DNA of 62,874 nt, filler included, from Octopus bimaculoides (lineage: Eukaryota): the NCBI RefSeq assembly GCF_001194135.2. It is 6 parts of 6 records of this genome, joined end to end, with 100 filler letters (N's around TTAATTAATTAA, not from the genome) between each part and the next. Parts side by side here need not be neighbours in the genome. Positions count along the whole stretch, not along the records: positions 1 to 24,518 come from NC_069002.1; 5 more parts are not named here. One strand, 5' to 3'. Both the position numbers and the translations under genes were made by a program. The notes under the pieces were generated by a model. The model was not told the origin of the DNA. It saw only the letters and a program-made list of their open reading frames with translations, and ran no database searches. This document shows, one piece after another, positions 11,118 through 22,549 of this stretch; position 1 is the first letter of the stretch; every line of letters starts with the position of its first letter.

Positions 11118-12620
11118 ATTAACCCATTGCTTGTCTTGTGTATCCTATGTGCTATACAAGATCTGTTCTCTGGTGTCCATGCATCATATTTGATACATAT
11201 TCCCAAGTATTTTCCAACTACCACAGTAATTTGGGATTTATGAAAAGGAAGCTTTATATTATTCAGAGTGGAGGCGCAATGGTGCAGTGGTTAGGGCAGC
11301 GGACTCGCAGTTTCGATTCCCAGACCAGGCGTTGTGAGTGTTTATTGAGCAAAAACACCTAAAGCTCCACGAGGCTCTGGCAGGGGATGGTGGCGAACCC
11401 TGCTGTATTCTTCCACCACAACTTTCTCTCACTCTTACTTCCTGTTTCTATTGTGCCTGTAATTCAAAGGTTCAGCCTTGTCACATTGTGTCACGCTGAA
11501 TATCCCCGAGAACTACGTTAAGGGTACACGTGTCTGTGGAGTGCTCAGCCACTTGCACGTTAATTTCACGAGCAGGCTGTTCCGTTGATTGAATCAACTG
11601 GAACCCTCGACGTCGTAAGCGACGGAGTGCCAACAAAAATTATTCAGAACTTATGAAACAAGGACTAATTAAATGTTTGAAAACAAGTATAGACGTTTAG
11701 AACTTGTGAAACGGTTTAAGTGCTTTCAGCTCATCTTCAGTCCTCACCAGGTGTATTTTTTTTAAAAAAAGTCTTTTCATGAAAAGGTATTTGCAATAAT
11801 TCACTTAAAAAAAAAAAAAAANNNNNNNNNNAAAAAAAAGAAGAGAAAAACTGAACTGATCTTTGAATTCATTGAATTCTTCACATAACAGGATTAATGT
11901 CAAAGTTCATTGACATTTCTAAAAGTAAACAGTAAGAAAATGGAAGAAGGGAGGGAGAATAAAGAAAAAAAAAAACCTGTAAATAAGTCCTCAAAACAGG
12001 CATGCACATTCTCTTAATTATTCCTCCCATCAAGGGAAACTGGTGTTTACCTCTATTCATGTATGTCTGTTGTTTTGTCTGTCCTGTGTGTGACATGTGA
12101 TACAAAGGACATATTTCTCTGACACCCTCTGGCATCCATGGATCATATATAATACAGTCCCAATTTTTTCTCAAACACCAGAGTAACTTGGGACTTATGA
12201 AAAGAAAGCTTTATATTACCCAGAAGCAAGGTCGAACTAAATGTCTGAAAACAAGCACAGAAGGTTAGGACTAACATATGGAAATGCTTTGGGCAGGCAA
12301 AGAGTTAATATTGCAGATAATCTCTCTATAAAGACACATTTTGTATGACATAGTTCATCAATGTCCTACAAAAACTGCTTCTTCTAACAGAGCCTCTTAA
12401 TCCCTTGCCTCTCCTGTATATCATTTGTGGTACACAAGACATATTTCTCTGGTGTCCGTGCATTATATATGATACACATTCCCAATTTTTTCTCAACAAC
12501 CAGAGTAACTTGGGACTTACGAAAGGAAAGCTTTATATTACTCCGAAGCAAGGTAGTCTAACTAAATATCTGAAAACAAGCACTTACTTATGGAAATGCT
12601 TTGGGTAAGCAAAGAGCTAA
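11118..12620. mobile_element. Three local copies of a ~200-250 bp TTAA-type MITE (about 11118-11720 split by a SINE, 12085-12308, 12396-12620)
   Basis: Shared core CCAGAGTAACTTGGGACTTA(T/C)GAAA.GAAAGCTTTATATT...TGAAAACAAG. Ends resemble TTAA-CCC(A/T)TTGC ... GCAAAGAG-TTAA. Confidence 0.6.
11268..11638 (+). mobile_element. tRNA-derived SINE family D
   Basis: Head GGAGGCGCAATGG..CAGTGGTTAGGG; tail GGAGTGCCAACAA; 10-bp TSD ATTATTCAGA. Other copies: 18159-18531(-, TSD GAACAATGT), 42906-43205(-); variants 20545-20830 and 33340-33580. Confidence 0.9.
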
Positions 12621-14473
12621 TACCACTAATACCACGGCACGCAAAAGCACCCACTACACTCTCAGAGTGGTTGGCGTTAGAAAGGGCATCCAGCTGTAGA
12701 AATTCTGCCAAATCAGATTGGAGCCTGGTGTAGCCATCTGGTTCACCAGTCCTCAAGTCAAATCGTCCAACCCATGCTAGCATGGAAAGCGGACGTTAAA
12801 CGATGATGATGATGTGTTCTGTTGTGTAGCTGGAGTATATATTCTGATTCTGGGATCAGTACATGTCTGTTGAAAATGTTTGTGTGTGTGCACTAGCGTA
12901 GCTAGAGTATGTGCCGCCCAGGGTGGCCCTTCTCTTTGCCTGGACCCCACAAAAAACACATATTGCCTACAACAGGATAAAAAGTGCCACCTGGAGCGGA
13001 CCATCTCCCCCCGCCAGCTATTCTAGTGTGTGTTCTGTTGTGTGGATGGGCTGATTGTATGTCTACTGAGACCATTGAGTGTGTGTACGTGTACGTAAAT
13101 ATTCCAAATCTAAGATTTCTGTCTCTTGAGGTTATGGATCACTACTTTGCAAAGCTCATCTCCAAGGCTCAGGCCTGGTTAAGGCTCTTTTACCTGCAAG
13201 ACCCAAAGTTGCTCATTCTGGCAGGTCTCTCCTTCCCATGCCATTTATGTTGTCCAAGAGAATCGTAAGAACCAATACAGTGTGGAACCAGTGGCATTGC
13301 AAGTGCTACCATTAATGCAAAGAGCCAGTATTAAATGCTACAAGATCTCTTGTCTTATTCTCTCACAATTACACCAATTCAATGCTCTGGACCGGTACTT
13401 TATTTACTGACCTTGAAAGGAAGTACGACAAAGTTGATCGTTTGTTTTTGAACTCAAACTGCTGAGAGCTGGAGCAATCCAATGCACACTCAATTCTGTC
13501 AGTTCACTGTGAATGAAATGATAAGTGTGTGTGTGTGTGTGTGGAGATGGAAGTGGGGTTCTGAAGTGAACAGAAGGGCATTTATCGGTGTAGTGATGGT
13601 GGTGAGAGTGGTGTTACTTAAAGAAAACAAGGTCATTATTCTACTCAATGGAAAATTAGCTGTTCATGGTGCAAGTAGGAGGCAGCTGATTCATCATCAC
13701 CATTTAACGTCCGTTTCCCCTGCTGGCATGGGTTAGATGGCTTGGCAGGAACTGGCAAGGCCAGGGGCTGCATCAGGTTCCATAGTCTGATTTAGATTGA
13801 TTTCTACAGCTGGATGCCCTTTCTAAAGCCCATCACTTTATAGCATGGACTGGGTGCTTTTTATGTGGCACCAGCACCAGTGTTTTTTACATGGCACTTT
13901 GGTTTTAGGATCTCACTTCAATATTGTGGTGGGTGGGTCTTCCTGTGTACAGTAAGGCACCACATATCTTGGTCCTCTCTCATCTTTTTTGTAAGGCTCA
14001 GCATTTTTAGATCAGCCTTCAATACTTTGTCCCATGTCTTCCTGGGTATCTCATTCCACAACTTCCCTCCGCTTTAAGTGGAAAAAAATATATATAAGAG
14101 GAGAAATGCAGCCAAGACGATTGAGATGATAAGCTACTTATTGGAGTGATCTGGTGTTTGACGTCTAAAAGACCTGTAAACCTACACTCACTGGGCCCTG
14201 ACTCTGTACCCAGTCTATCCCCATCAAGCCTTATCTACCCTTCATCGTCCTAATATTTATCCCTCCAAACTTCTAACTACGGCTAACTGTTCACCTTACC
14301 TGTTGTAATGAGATGAGAGCAGAAGCTGCGCAGATTTCCTCCAGTTACCTCCCCTTCCTGCTTGGAAACGCTGCCTTTTAAAAATTCTTCCCTCTTTCTC
14401 AGTATTCTCTCTTCCCACCTCAGTTTCCACCAATCGTCCCTTTCTGCTCCTCTTTATTATTAGTTAATTGGTT

Positions 14474-14703
14474 AGTTATTTAACCAACCAGCTGGTCAGT
14501 TGTTTGCTTAATCAGTTGATTAAACAATCGATCGGTTGTCTGTCAAAACCGTTTTTATCACCGTTCACAACCTCATCTATGGAGAAGAGAGGGCATGTTA
14601 TTGCTGAGGTGTTGTGAATGGTAAGGAAAGGACTTGGACAGTCGACTGATTGATTAATCCACAGATTAAGCAGGTGATCAATTTGTTGTTCAGTTAAATA
14701 ACT
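14474..14703. repeat. Imperfect ~100-bp inverted repeat with 29-nt loop
   Basis: Arms 14474-14575 and 14605-14703 align as reverse complements at roughly 70% by eye. Confidence 0.75.
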
Positions 14704-14800
14704 GGGACAAAGTGGTGAGAAAAGATCTTCAGATGCTGGGCCTCAGTGAAGAAATGACAAGGGACCAGGAGATGCGGCGATTTGCCGTACTTGATAGGAT
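14703..14800 (+). mobile_element. RTE LINE extreme 3' fragment
   Basis: WDKVVRKDLQMLGLSEEMTRDQEMRRFAV followed by (CAT)n. Confidence 0.65.
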
Positions 14801-15630
14801 GCACCATCATCATCATCGTCGTTTAACGTCCGCTTTCCATGCTAGCATGGGTTGGACGATTTGACTGAGGACTGGTGAACCAGAGGGCTACACCAGGCTC
14901 CAATCTGATTTGGCAGAGTTTCTACAGCTGGATGCCCTTCCTAATGCCAACCACTCAGAGAATGTAGTGGGTGCTTTTTACATGCCACTGGCACGAAGGC
15001 CAGTCAGGCGGTACTGGCAACGGCCACGTTCAAAATGGTGTATTTTTTGTGCCACCCGCACNNNNNNNNNNNNNNNNNNNNNNNNNNNNNNNNNNNNNNN
15101 NNNNNNNNNNNNNNNNNNNNNNNNNNNNNNNNNNNNNNNNNNNNNNNNNNNNNNNNNNNNNNNNNNNNNNNNNNNNNNNNNNNNNNNNNNNNNNNNNNNN
15201 NNNNNNNNNNNNNNNNNNNNNNNNNNNNNNNNNNNNNNNNNNNNNNNNNNNNNNNNNNNNNNNNNNNNNNNNNNNNNNNNNNNNNNNNNNNNNNNNNNNN
15301 NNNNNNNNNNNNNNNNNNNNNNNNNNNNNNNNNNNNNNNNNNNNNNNNNNNNNNNNNNNNNNNNNNNNNNNNNNNNNNNNNNNNNNNNNNNNNNNNNNNN
15401 NNNNNNNNNNNNNNNNNNNNNNNNNNNNNNNNNNNNNACGAAGGCAAGTTAAACCTGTGTGTGTTTATTGCTGGTGTAATGACCTTCCAAGATACAACAA
15501 ACTTGTTTCAACACGTGTTCATATCAAAAATCGTACAAACCAAACACCGAAATAAAATATTTTTAATTTATTCATTTGCTATCTATATTTTCTCTTATTT
15601 TCTTACTCTTTCTTTTGAAAGGTTACTACA

Positions 15631-15720
15631 ATGGCTGGCGGATTTCTCTCAGAGGCCGAAACCGGGTTTACCGGCATGAAATACTATTTCAATTCTTACA
15701 CCCGACGAGGACGTTTCAAT
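15631..15720 (+). CDS. ATP5MK: ATP synthase membrane subunit K (USMG5/DAPIT), coding exon 1: MAGGFLSEAETGFTGMKYYFNSYTRRGRFN
   Basis: Acceptor ttcttttgaaag| at 15621, acaATGG start context, donor AAT|gtaagt. FTGMKYYFNSYTRRGRFN matches human FTGIKKYFNSYTLTGRMN. Confidence 0.94.
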
Positions 15721-15837
15721 GTAAGTAAACAGAGTTCTCTCCCCTTCGCTCCTATACATCCATCTTCTCCCCCCCCACACACACCTCACTGAAATGCCTT
15801 GGACTCATTGTTTCTTTCTTTCTTTTCTTCTTTCTAG

Positions 15838-15930
15838 TGTGTTGCTGCTGTTTATGGCACCATTATTGGAGCTGTTGTCTTAAGGAAAATGACCAAAAAA
15901 AAGAAGCCAGCAGAAGTAAAAGCTAATTAA
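15838..15930 (+). CDS. ATP5MK: ATP5MK coding exon 2: CVAAVYGTIIGAVVLRKMTKKKKPAEVKAN*
   Basis: Long pyrimidine tract ending ctag|TGT after a 117-nt intron, phase 0. Matches human CVLATYGSIALIVLYFKLRSKKTPAVKAT: one TM helix plus a basic tail. Total 60 aa. Confidence 0.94.
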   Translation, partial: CVAAVYGTIIGAVVLRKMTKKKKPAEVKAN

Positions 15931-15976
15931 TATCAACCCTCAGCATTAGCATGTGTATAATTAGGCCTGATTATAT

Positions 15977-16028
15977 AATAAAACAATTATAAACACACTT
16001 CACTGAGGAATGTTTTATTTATAATAAA
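15977..16028 (+). terminator. Polyadenylation signals of ATP5MK
   Basis: AATAAA at 15977-15982 and 16023-16028 downstream of the stop, followed by GT/T-rich sequence. Confidence 0.55.
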
Positions 16029-16106
16029 CCAATGTTAGTGTATGGATTTTGTTTTCTTTATTCTACTTCTTTCTCTTATCTCCTTCAGTCGTAAATCTTC
16101 TCAATA

Positions 16107-16279
16107 TAGGCGCAGGAGTGCTGTGTGGTAAGTAGCTTGCTTACCAACCACATGGTTCCGGGTTCATTCCCACTGTGTGGCACTTTGGGCAAGTGTCTTC
16201 TACTATAGCCTCGGGCCAACCAAAGCCTTGTGAGTGGATTTGGTAGACGGAAAACTGAAAGAAGCCCGTCGTATATATG

Positions 16280-16312
<33 letters not shown>

Positions 16313-16545
16313 GTGNNNNNNNNNNNNNNNNNNNNNNNNNNNNNNNNNNNNNNNNNNNNNNNNNNNNNNNNNNNNNNNNNNNNNNNNNNNNNNNNNNNAA
16401 CTTAGCAGTTTGGCAAAAAGAGATCGATAGAATAAGTACTAGGCTTTCAAAGAATAAGTCCTGGGGTCGATTTGCTCAACTAAAAGGTAGTGCTCCAGCA
16501 TGGTCGCAGTCAAATGACTGAAACAAGTAAAAGAGTAATGAGTAA
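16107..16545 (+). mobile_element. tRNA-derived SINE family B with internal microsatellite
   Basis: A/B-box-like head GGCGCAGGAGTG.CTGTGTGGTAAG...GGTTCA.TCCC; tail GACTGAAACAAGTAAAAGA. Other copies: 1-172, 4935-5087, 21381-21765, 32598-33240, 52690-52873 (+) and 60712-61205 (-). Confidence 0.9.
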
Positions 16546-17703
16546 TAGCAAGACATCTGTGCTTGTCCATCATTCATACTTAAGTCTTTCAACATCTGGT
16601 ATACAGCCACTCATCTCCACCTTTCCCTCCGAAATTCGGTTTCTTAGTTGTGAGAGCTTTTTCTCCCTTTTTCTTTCTTTTCCTCCTCTGTTCTTTTCTG
16701 TCTTTTGCAAGTCACATGGAAATCTCACTGGAGCCAGTGGGATGAAAAAGAAGAAGAAAAAAACTGTACACTCTGTAAAGTGGCTGGTGTTAGGAGGGGC
16801 ATCCGACTGTAGAAGCCATGGCAAAATAGACATTGGAGCTTGATACATCCCTGCAGCTCATCATTTCCACGTTAATTAGTTCTAGCCATGCCAAATGATG
16901 TGACTTGGTGGCTTGGGCTGGATTATTGACTGTAAAATGAGAGCGATCAAAGGAAACTGCTAGAATTTGAAGACCTCAAAAGCAGGAGTTTGTGAAATTC
17001 TTCCAGACTTTAATAGTGTGTGTATTTATGTGTGAAGGAATGAAAAATGTGGCCCCTGTATTTCTGAGTAGTTGTTCCTTAATTTATATCATGGATTTGT
17101 TTCATGCAAATTGAGATAAGGTAAATCAAGTGAGATCTGTTTTTAATAATCTTTATATCATAAATGTGAAGTGGATCTCCGTCTGTGTGTCCATCACAAT
17201 ATTTATGTGGAGGGAAGAAGAGGAGGAATCAAAATGTACATCAGAATCTATTTTTAGAAGGAGAGTAGAAAAAAGTTGAGAGAGAAATGCAGTATGTGTG
17301 TGTGTGTGTGAGAAATATATTTAGATATATAGGTAGTGTTGTTACCATAGCAAGTAACAAGTTTTGATTAAAAATGCAGAAATTTTAAGGGCAAATCTTT
17401 TATTTTTGTTGGTTGTGTGTGTGTTTCTGTATGTCTTTCTACATAGACAGCACGGCACTGCTTCAAAAAAAAATGAAGACTTTTACTAGATAGTTATTTT
17501 TTGGCCCTGTGTGTGTATGTACTTCTGTATGTCTTTCAACATAGAGACAACACAAAGATTTTAACTATAATGACAGGTTGTTGTTAAGAGATAGTGTGAA
17601 AGATAGGTAGGTAGAGTGTTGTTACCATAGTAACTAACGACACTCACTATATAACAGTCTACTATTAAAAGAAGGTATGTGTATTATAAACAAATATTTT
17701 TAC

Positions 17704-17863
17704 CGGCAGTGTAGTGATGGGTAAAGACCTCGTGATGAACAATTTGGCTGGACAAAGGGGGCTGTATCCTTGGCTTTTGCATTCCTTCTGAGACGAAAGG
17801 CAAGAGCTCTGCCTTCAAAACTGGTAAGATTGACGCAGTTGGCCTTGAGTAATATGTTGATGG
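17704..17863 (-). CDS. Next exon of the same unidentified gene: (A)INILLKANCVNLTSFEGRALAFRLRRNAKAKDTAPFVQPNCSSRGLYPSLHC(R)
   Basis: tttttttttttctgcag| acceptor and CG|gtaaaa donor; 160 nt. The phase-1 frame required by the 19278 exon is open. Confidence 0.6.
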
Positions 17864-17919
17864 CTGCAGAAAAAAAAAAAACATGGGCAAGGGAATTTTA
17901 TAAAGCTAACAATCTGCTA

Positions 17920-18040
17920 AGAAAGGATTTAATGCTTGATTTGTAGGTGAAATACAACCTACATTCCTCACAAGAGGGTCTTGAAAGGATTTAATGTTTG
18001 ATTTGCAGGTGAAATACAACCTACATTCTTCACAAGAGGG
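17920..18040. repeat. ~63-bp tandem duplication
   Basis: AAAGGATTTAATG(C/T)TTGATTTG(T/C)AGGTGAAATACAACCTACATTC(C/T)TCACAAGAGGGT occurs twice. Confidence 0.85.
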
Positions 18041-18649
18041 TATCTTGACTTTCATCGCTATACTGAGAGTGTAAGAGGTGACTTGTGCTTACTAACTTTG
18101 TTCTGCCAACATATTTCCATTTATTTATTCTTGGTACTGGCATTTATACGAACAATGTTGTTGTTGTTGGCACTCCGTTGCTTACGATGTTGAGGGTTCC
18201 AGTTGATCCGATCAACGGAACAACCTGCTCGTGAAATTAACGTGCAATTGGCTGAGCACTCCACAGATACATGTACCCTTAACGTAGTTCTCGGGGATAT
18301 TCAGCTTGACACAGTATGACAAGGCTGACCCTTTGAATTACAGGTACAACAGAAACAGGAATTAAGAGTGAGAGAAAGTTGTGGTGAAAGAGTACAGCAG
18401 GGTTCGCTACCATCTCCTGCCGGAGACTTGTGGAGCTTTAGGTGTTTTCGCTCAATAAACACAACGCCCGGTCTGGGAATTGAAACCGTGAGTCCGCTGC
18501 CCTAACCACTGGGCCATTGCACCTCGACTATGAACAATGTAGACAATAGACAAGTATCAAATACCATAATACATAAATTCTTTATTTATTAAAATTATCT
18601 TCAATTGTAGAAGTATCATAATTACCAAATGGTAACCGATTAGCATATT

Positions 18650-19147
18650 CAGGGCCATTAGAGCAAAGAAACAGGCCTGGAAGAGTGGGAGTAGCAGGAG
18701 AATGTATCAAATAGCCAAAAGGGAAGCTAAGAGACAGGTATATATGGCCAAGGGAGTAGCAGAAAAGAAGTTTGTCAATGTTCAGTGACGCGAGGACCAA
18801 AGACTTGGGGTGTTTCGTTTGCAAGACTGTGTGCGAGAGAGAATCTTGATGTCACAGGAGAGAAATGTGTCCGCATGGATGATGGTACCCTTGCGTTTAA
18901 TGACTCTGCCAAGAAACAGGCTTGGAGAAGCCATTGCGAAAGACTGCTAAATGTGGAGAATGAATGGGAGGAGGAGAGTCTACCAAAGGTTGATCCAATT
19001 GAGGGACCAGCTATCTGAATCGACAGTACCCAGGTACATAAAGCTATCAAGGATATGAAGACAGGGAAAGCTCCTGGCCCATCAGGATGCTTAGAATATT
19101 GGACGGTGTGGGTTATGGTCTTGTTACCCGCATCGTAAATCAGGTAA
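18650..19147 (+). mobile_element. RTE LINE internal fragment (EN-RT linker)
   Basis: AKKQAWKS...AKREAKRQV...GEKCVRMDDGTLAFNDSAKKQAWRSHCERLLNVENEW...KAIKDMKTGKAPGPSG. Confidence 0.85.
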
Positions 19148-19277
19148 ATCCATGGTCATATTACACATGGACAACAAAGAAGATTATGGAAATTTTTTTC
19201 TCTCAATACTATTACTATTCTTATAGTCATTAATAATAATATCCTTATTTTTTAATTTTTATTTATTCATTACATAC

Positions 19278-19480
19278 CTGGGCTCAAGGATTCCATAAAA
19301 GGATCACTGGTCAAAAAAGTTTCAGGGACTCCCGACTTAGAGCTTTCAATGAACTGTCTTTGAAGAACACAAGAAAATGATGATCTGCCTTGATTGCCAT
19401 GTGGTGTGGAAAGTTTAATGTTTTGAATCCTTGCATTTGAAATGCAGATTCGGAATCTCTGCACTCGATATAGTGGGTTC
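19278..19480 (-). CDS. Exon of unidentified gene: NPLYRVQRFRICISNARIQNIKLSTPHGNQGRSSFSCVLQRQFIESSKSGVPETFLTSDPFMESLSP
   Basis: tttgttttttttacag| acceptor and CAG|gtatgt donor; 203 nt; only one frame is open (phase 2 in, 1 out). Confidence 0.65.
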
Positions 19481-21859
19481 CTGTAAAAAAAACAAACAAA
19501 AAACATCCCAAAGGGGGTGCAGTCCATTGTCTTTACCACCACCAACATGAGAGTCAAGATACCCTCTTGTGAGGAATGGACTGAACTGAGAGAGTTTATA
19601 TGGTTCGTGTTGGAAAGTGTGGGTTGGTTTGTAAATTTGGAATATTTATTGTTGGTTTGTGAGAGATAGTTACATTCTTATTGTTGCTGCATTATCTTAT
19701 TGTATCACACTGGTACCATGTATTGTAGGCCATTATCCTAATAGTGGTGGTTCAACTATATTGGATACAAACCACATTACAGCATCTGGCGACGAGAGGT
19801 TCAAAGCTCACGTAGGTTGTATATGATAATTATTCGGTTGCAAAACTTTCACTATGCTGTCTCTCTTCTTTCACCTCTTTGTGAGGTTAATAATCTCTAG
19901 TTACAGTTTCTCATTCAAACTACATAATAGGCAGAATTGTCGGATTAAGACAGTAGGGTGTTTTGAGGGAGATTTGGCTGCTATTTCTACCAGGTCTAGC
20001 GACCATGTAGAGGTGTGAACTTAATTTTCATTCACATATTTGCATTTCAAAAATTTAACATTATCTTTTCCATAAATCAGCTATCATGAACATTTTATAC
20101 GACGACCTCACATTTTCTATGTATGTGTGTACCTTAAAAGACGTCAATCATCACAACACCTTCACTCACTCACTCTATCTCTCTTTCTCTCTCACATACA
20201 CATGCGCAAGCACGCATACACGCACACACATACACACACACACATACACACAAACACACATGTCCATTTCGTATATCTTCTTTCAATTTCTGCTCTATGC
20301 AAATAAATTTTTTACGGATACAACTGCTTACAAAAATAGGGATTAATGTATAAATTCTTTCTATGTTAATAATTAAATCAATGTTTTAATGATTAGACAG
20401 AGGTCCAATAGAACAACTCTCAGAAACAGACTACGTACAAATACGTCAATCAGCACGACAGACACCTTCACTAACTCACTCTATCTCTCTTTCTCACCCT
20501 CTTTCTCTTTCACATACACATGTGCAAGCACACACATACACTCATCATGAGGTAGTGAGTTTGATTCCCACATCGGGCTGTGTGCTGTGTTCTTGAGCAA
20601 GACACTTTATTTCACGTTGCTCCAGTTCACTCAACTGTAGAAATGAGTTGCAACATCACTGGTGCCAAGCTGTATCAGCCTTTCCCTTTCCCCTGGGTAA
20701 CATCACTGGCACGGAGAGGGGACGCTGGTATGCATGGGTGACTGTGGGTCTTCCATAAACAACCTTGCAAGGACTAGTGTCATGGGAGATAACCCAAGTG
20801 CAATCCCATGACCAATCATTACTGAAGAGGGTTTATATTTCTTTTACCTTTACAGGCTGATAAAAGTGGTTGGTTGTGCTTCAGCATTTGGGCATTTACA
20901 AGATTAGGGAGTGATTATTTTTGTACTCAAGCACCAACTTGATAACCTGGCCAGTTATCTTGCTTCTTTAATTTTTAAGTATTTTGTGTAATACGACACG
21001 ACAGAAATATCATGGCAAGTTTTGCTGGTGTCATTGATAGATTGGATCATGCGTCAAGGTTGGTTTTTGTTTGTTTTTCTTTTTTTTAAAACTCATGTAG
21101 ATATTGTTAGCTTCGTGATGATGTATGATACGGTCTGGTGATTATGTGACATGGTTTGACTTTGTGATGTGATTCGCAGAGATGGCTACGTAGGGGGAGG
21201 GTGATGGTTTCTTTTGTCCTTTTATTTGTTTCAGTCATTGGTCTGTGGCCATGCTGGGGCACCACCTCGAAGGGTGTAGGCAAACAAACCGATCCCAGTA
21301 ATTTATCTTACTTTAAGTCTAGTATTGACTCTCTCGATCTTTTTTGCCAAGCTACAAACTTACAGGAACATAGACTAACATAGGTGCAAGAGTGGCTGTG
21401 TGGTAAGTAGCTTGCTTACCAACCACATGGTTCTGGGTTCAGTCCCACTGCGTGGCACATTGGGCAAGTGTGTCTCCTACTATAGCCTCAGGCCGGCCAA
21501 CACTGAAAGAAGCCTGTCGTATATATGTGTGTGTGTGTGTGCATGTGTATGTTTTGTGTGTCTGTGTTTGTCCCCCAGCATCGCTTGACAACCGATGTTG
21601 GTGTGTTTACGTCCCCTGTAATCTAGTGTTTCGGCAAAAGAGACCTATAGAATAAGTACTAGGCTTACAAAGAAATAAATCCTGGTGTCTATTTGCTTGA
21701 CTAAAGGTGGTGCTCCAGCATGGCCACAGTCAAATGACTGAAACAAGTAAAAGAATAAAAGAATAACAGACATAGATATTGAACATGACTGCATGGTAAA
21801 AAGTTAGCTTCCCAACCTCATGGTTCCAAATTCAATCCCAGAACTCAGAACCATGTAGC

Positions 21860-22545
21860 ACCTTGGATGGGACAGCATGGGTGCTGGGGCCAGGGCTTGT
21901 TTTGTGGATTCGAAGGCTGAAGTCATTGTACTACCCCACTCCACCTGTCTTTTTGCCCCTTCTTTTGACAGTGCCTTGTATAGGGGTCTCATCACTTTTG
22001 CTGCAGAAGCAATGAAGCGATGGTAAAAGTTTACCATGCCCACGAATTGATGTAGAGCCTTTCTTGTGGTGGGGTGTGGAAAGGATAGGATAGCTTTTAC
22101 TTTTCCTGGCAGGGGTGTAACGCCGGAACTTGTGATTTGATGTCTCAAGAAATCAATTTCTGTTGCACCAAAAACGCACTTGACAGGGCTGATTACTAAA
22201 CCATTCTGTTCCAGCCTATCAAAAAGAGTCCCTTGGTGCTTCTTATGTAGCTCTACATTTGGGCTTGCAATAAGGATATCATCTAAGTATGCAAAGACAA
22301 AATCGAGACCTCTGCACACAGTGTCCATATGGCGTTTGAAGGATTGTGCCGCAGTTTTCAGCCCAAAGGGTGTACGTAGGAATTCGTACAGACCAAAAGG
22401 AGTGATCACGGCAGTTTTCAGCACATCGTTGCCTTGTACTGGTGTTTGGTGGTATACCCGGATAAGGTTAACCTTGGAGAAAACCGAGCACCTGGCTAGC
22501 TGGGCTGAAAAATCTTGTATGTTTGGAATGGGGTAGCTGTTCTGG
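21860..22545 (-). mobile_element. Ty3/Gypsy reverse transcriptase fragment
   Basis: KTAVITPFGLYEFLRTPFGLKTAAQSF...FAYLDDILIAS...KCVF...FLRHQIT. Confidence 0.95.
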
Positions 22546-22549
22546 GACT

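Noticed and set aside
17704-17863. RLRR plus Cys motif suggesting a TGF-beta, IGFBP or thyroglobulin domain
   Set aside because: Cysteine spacing and conserved W/C residues do not fit; left unassigned.
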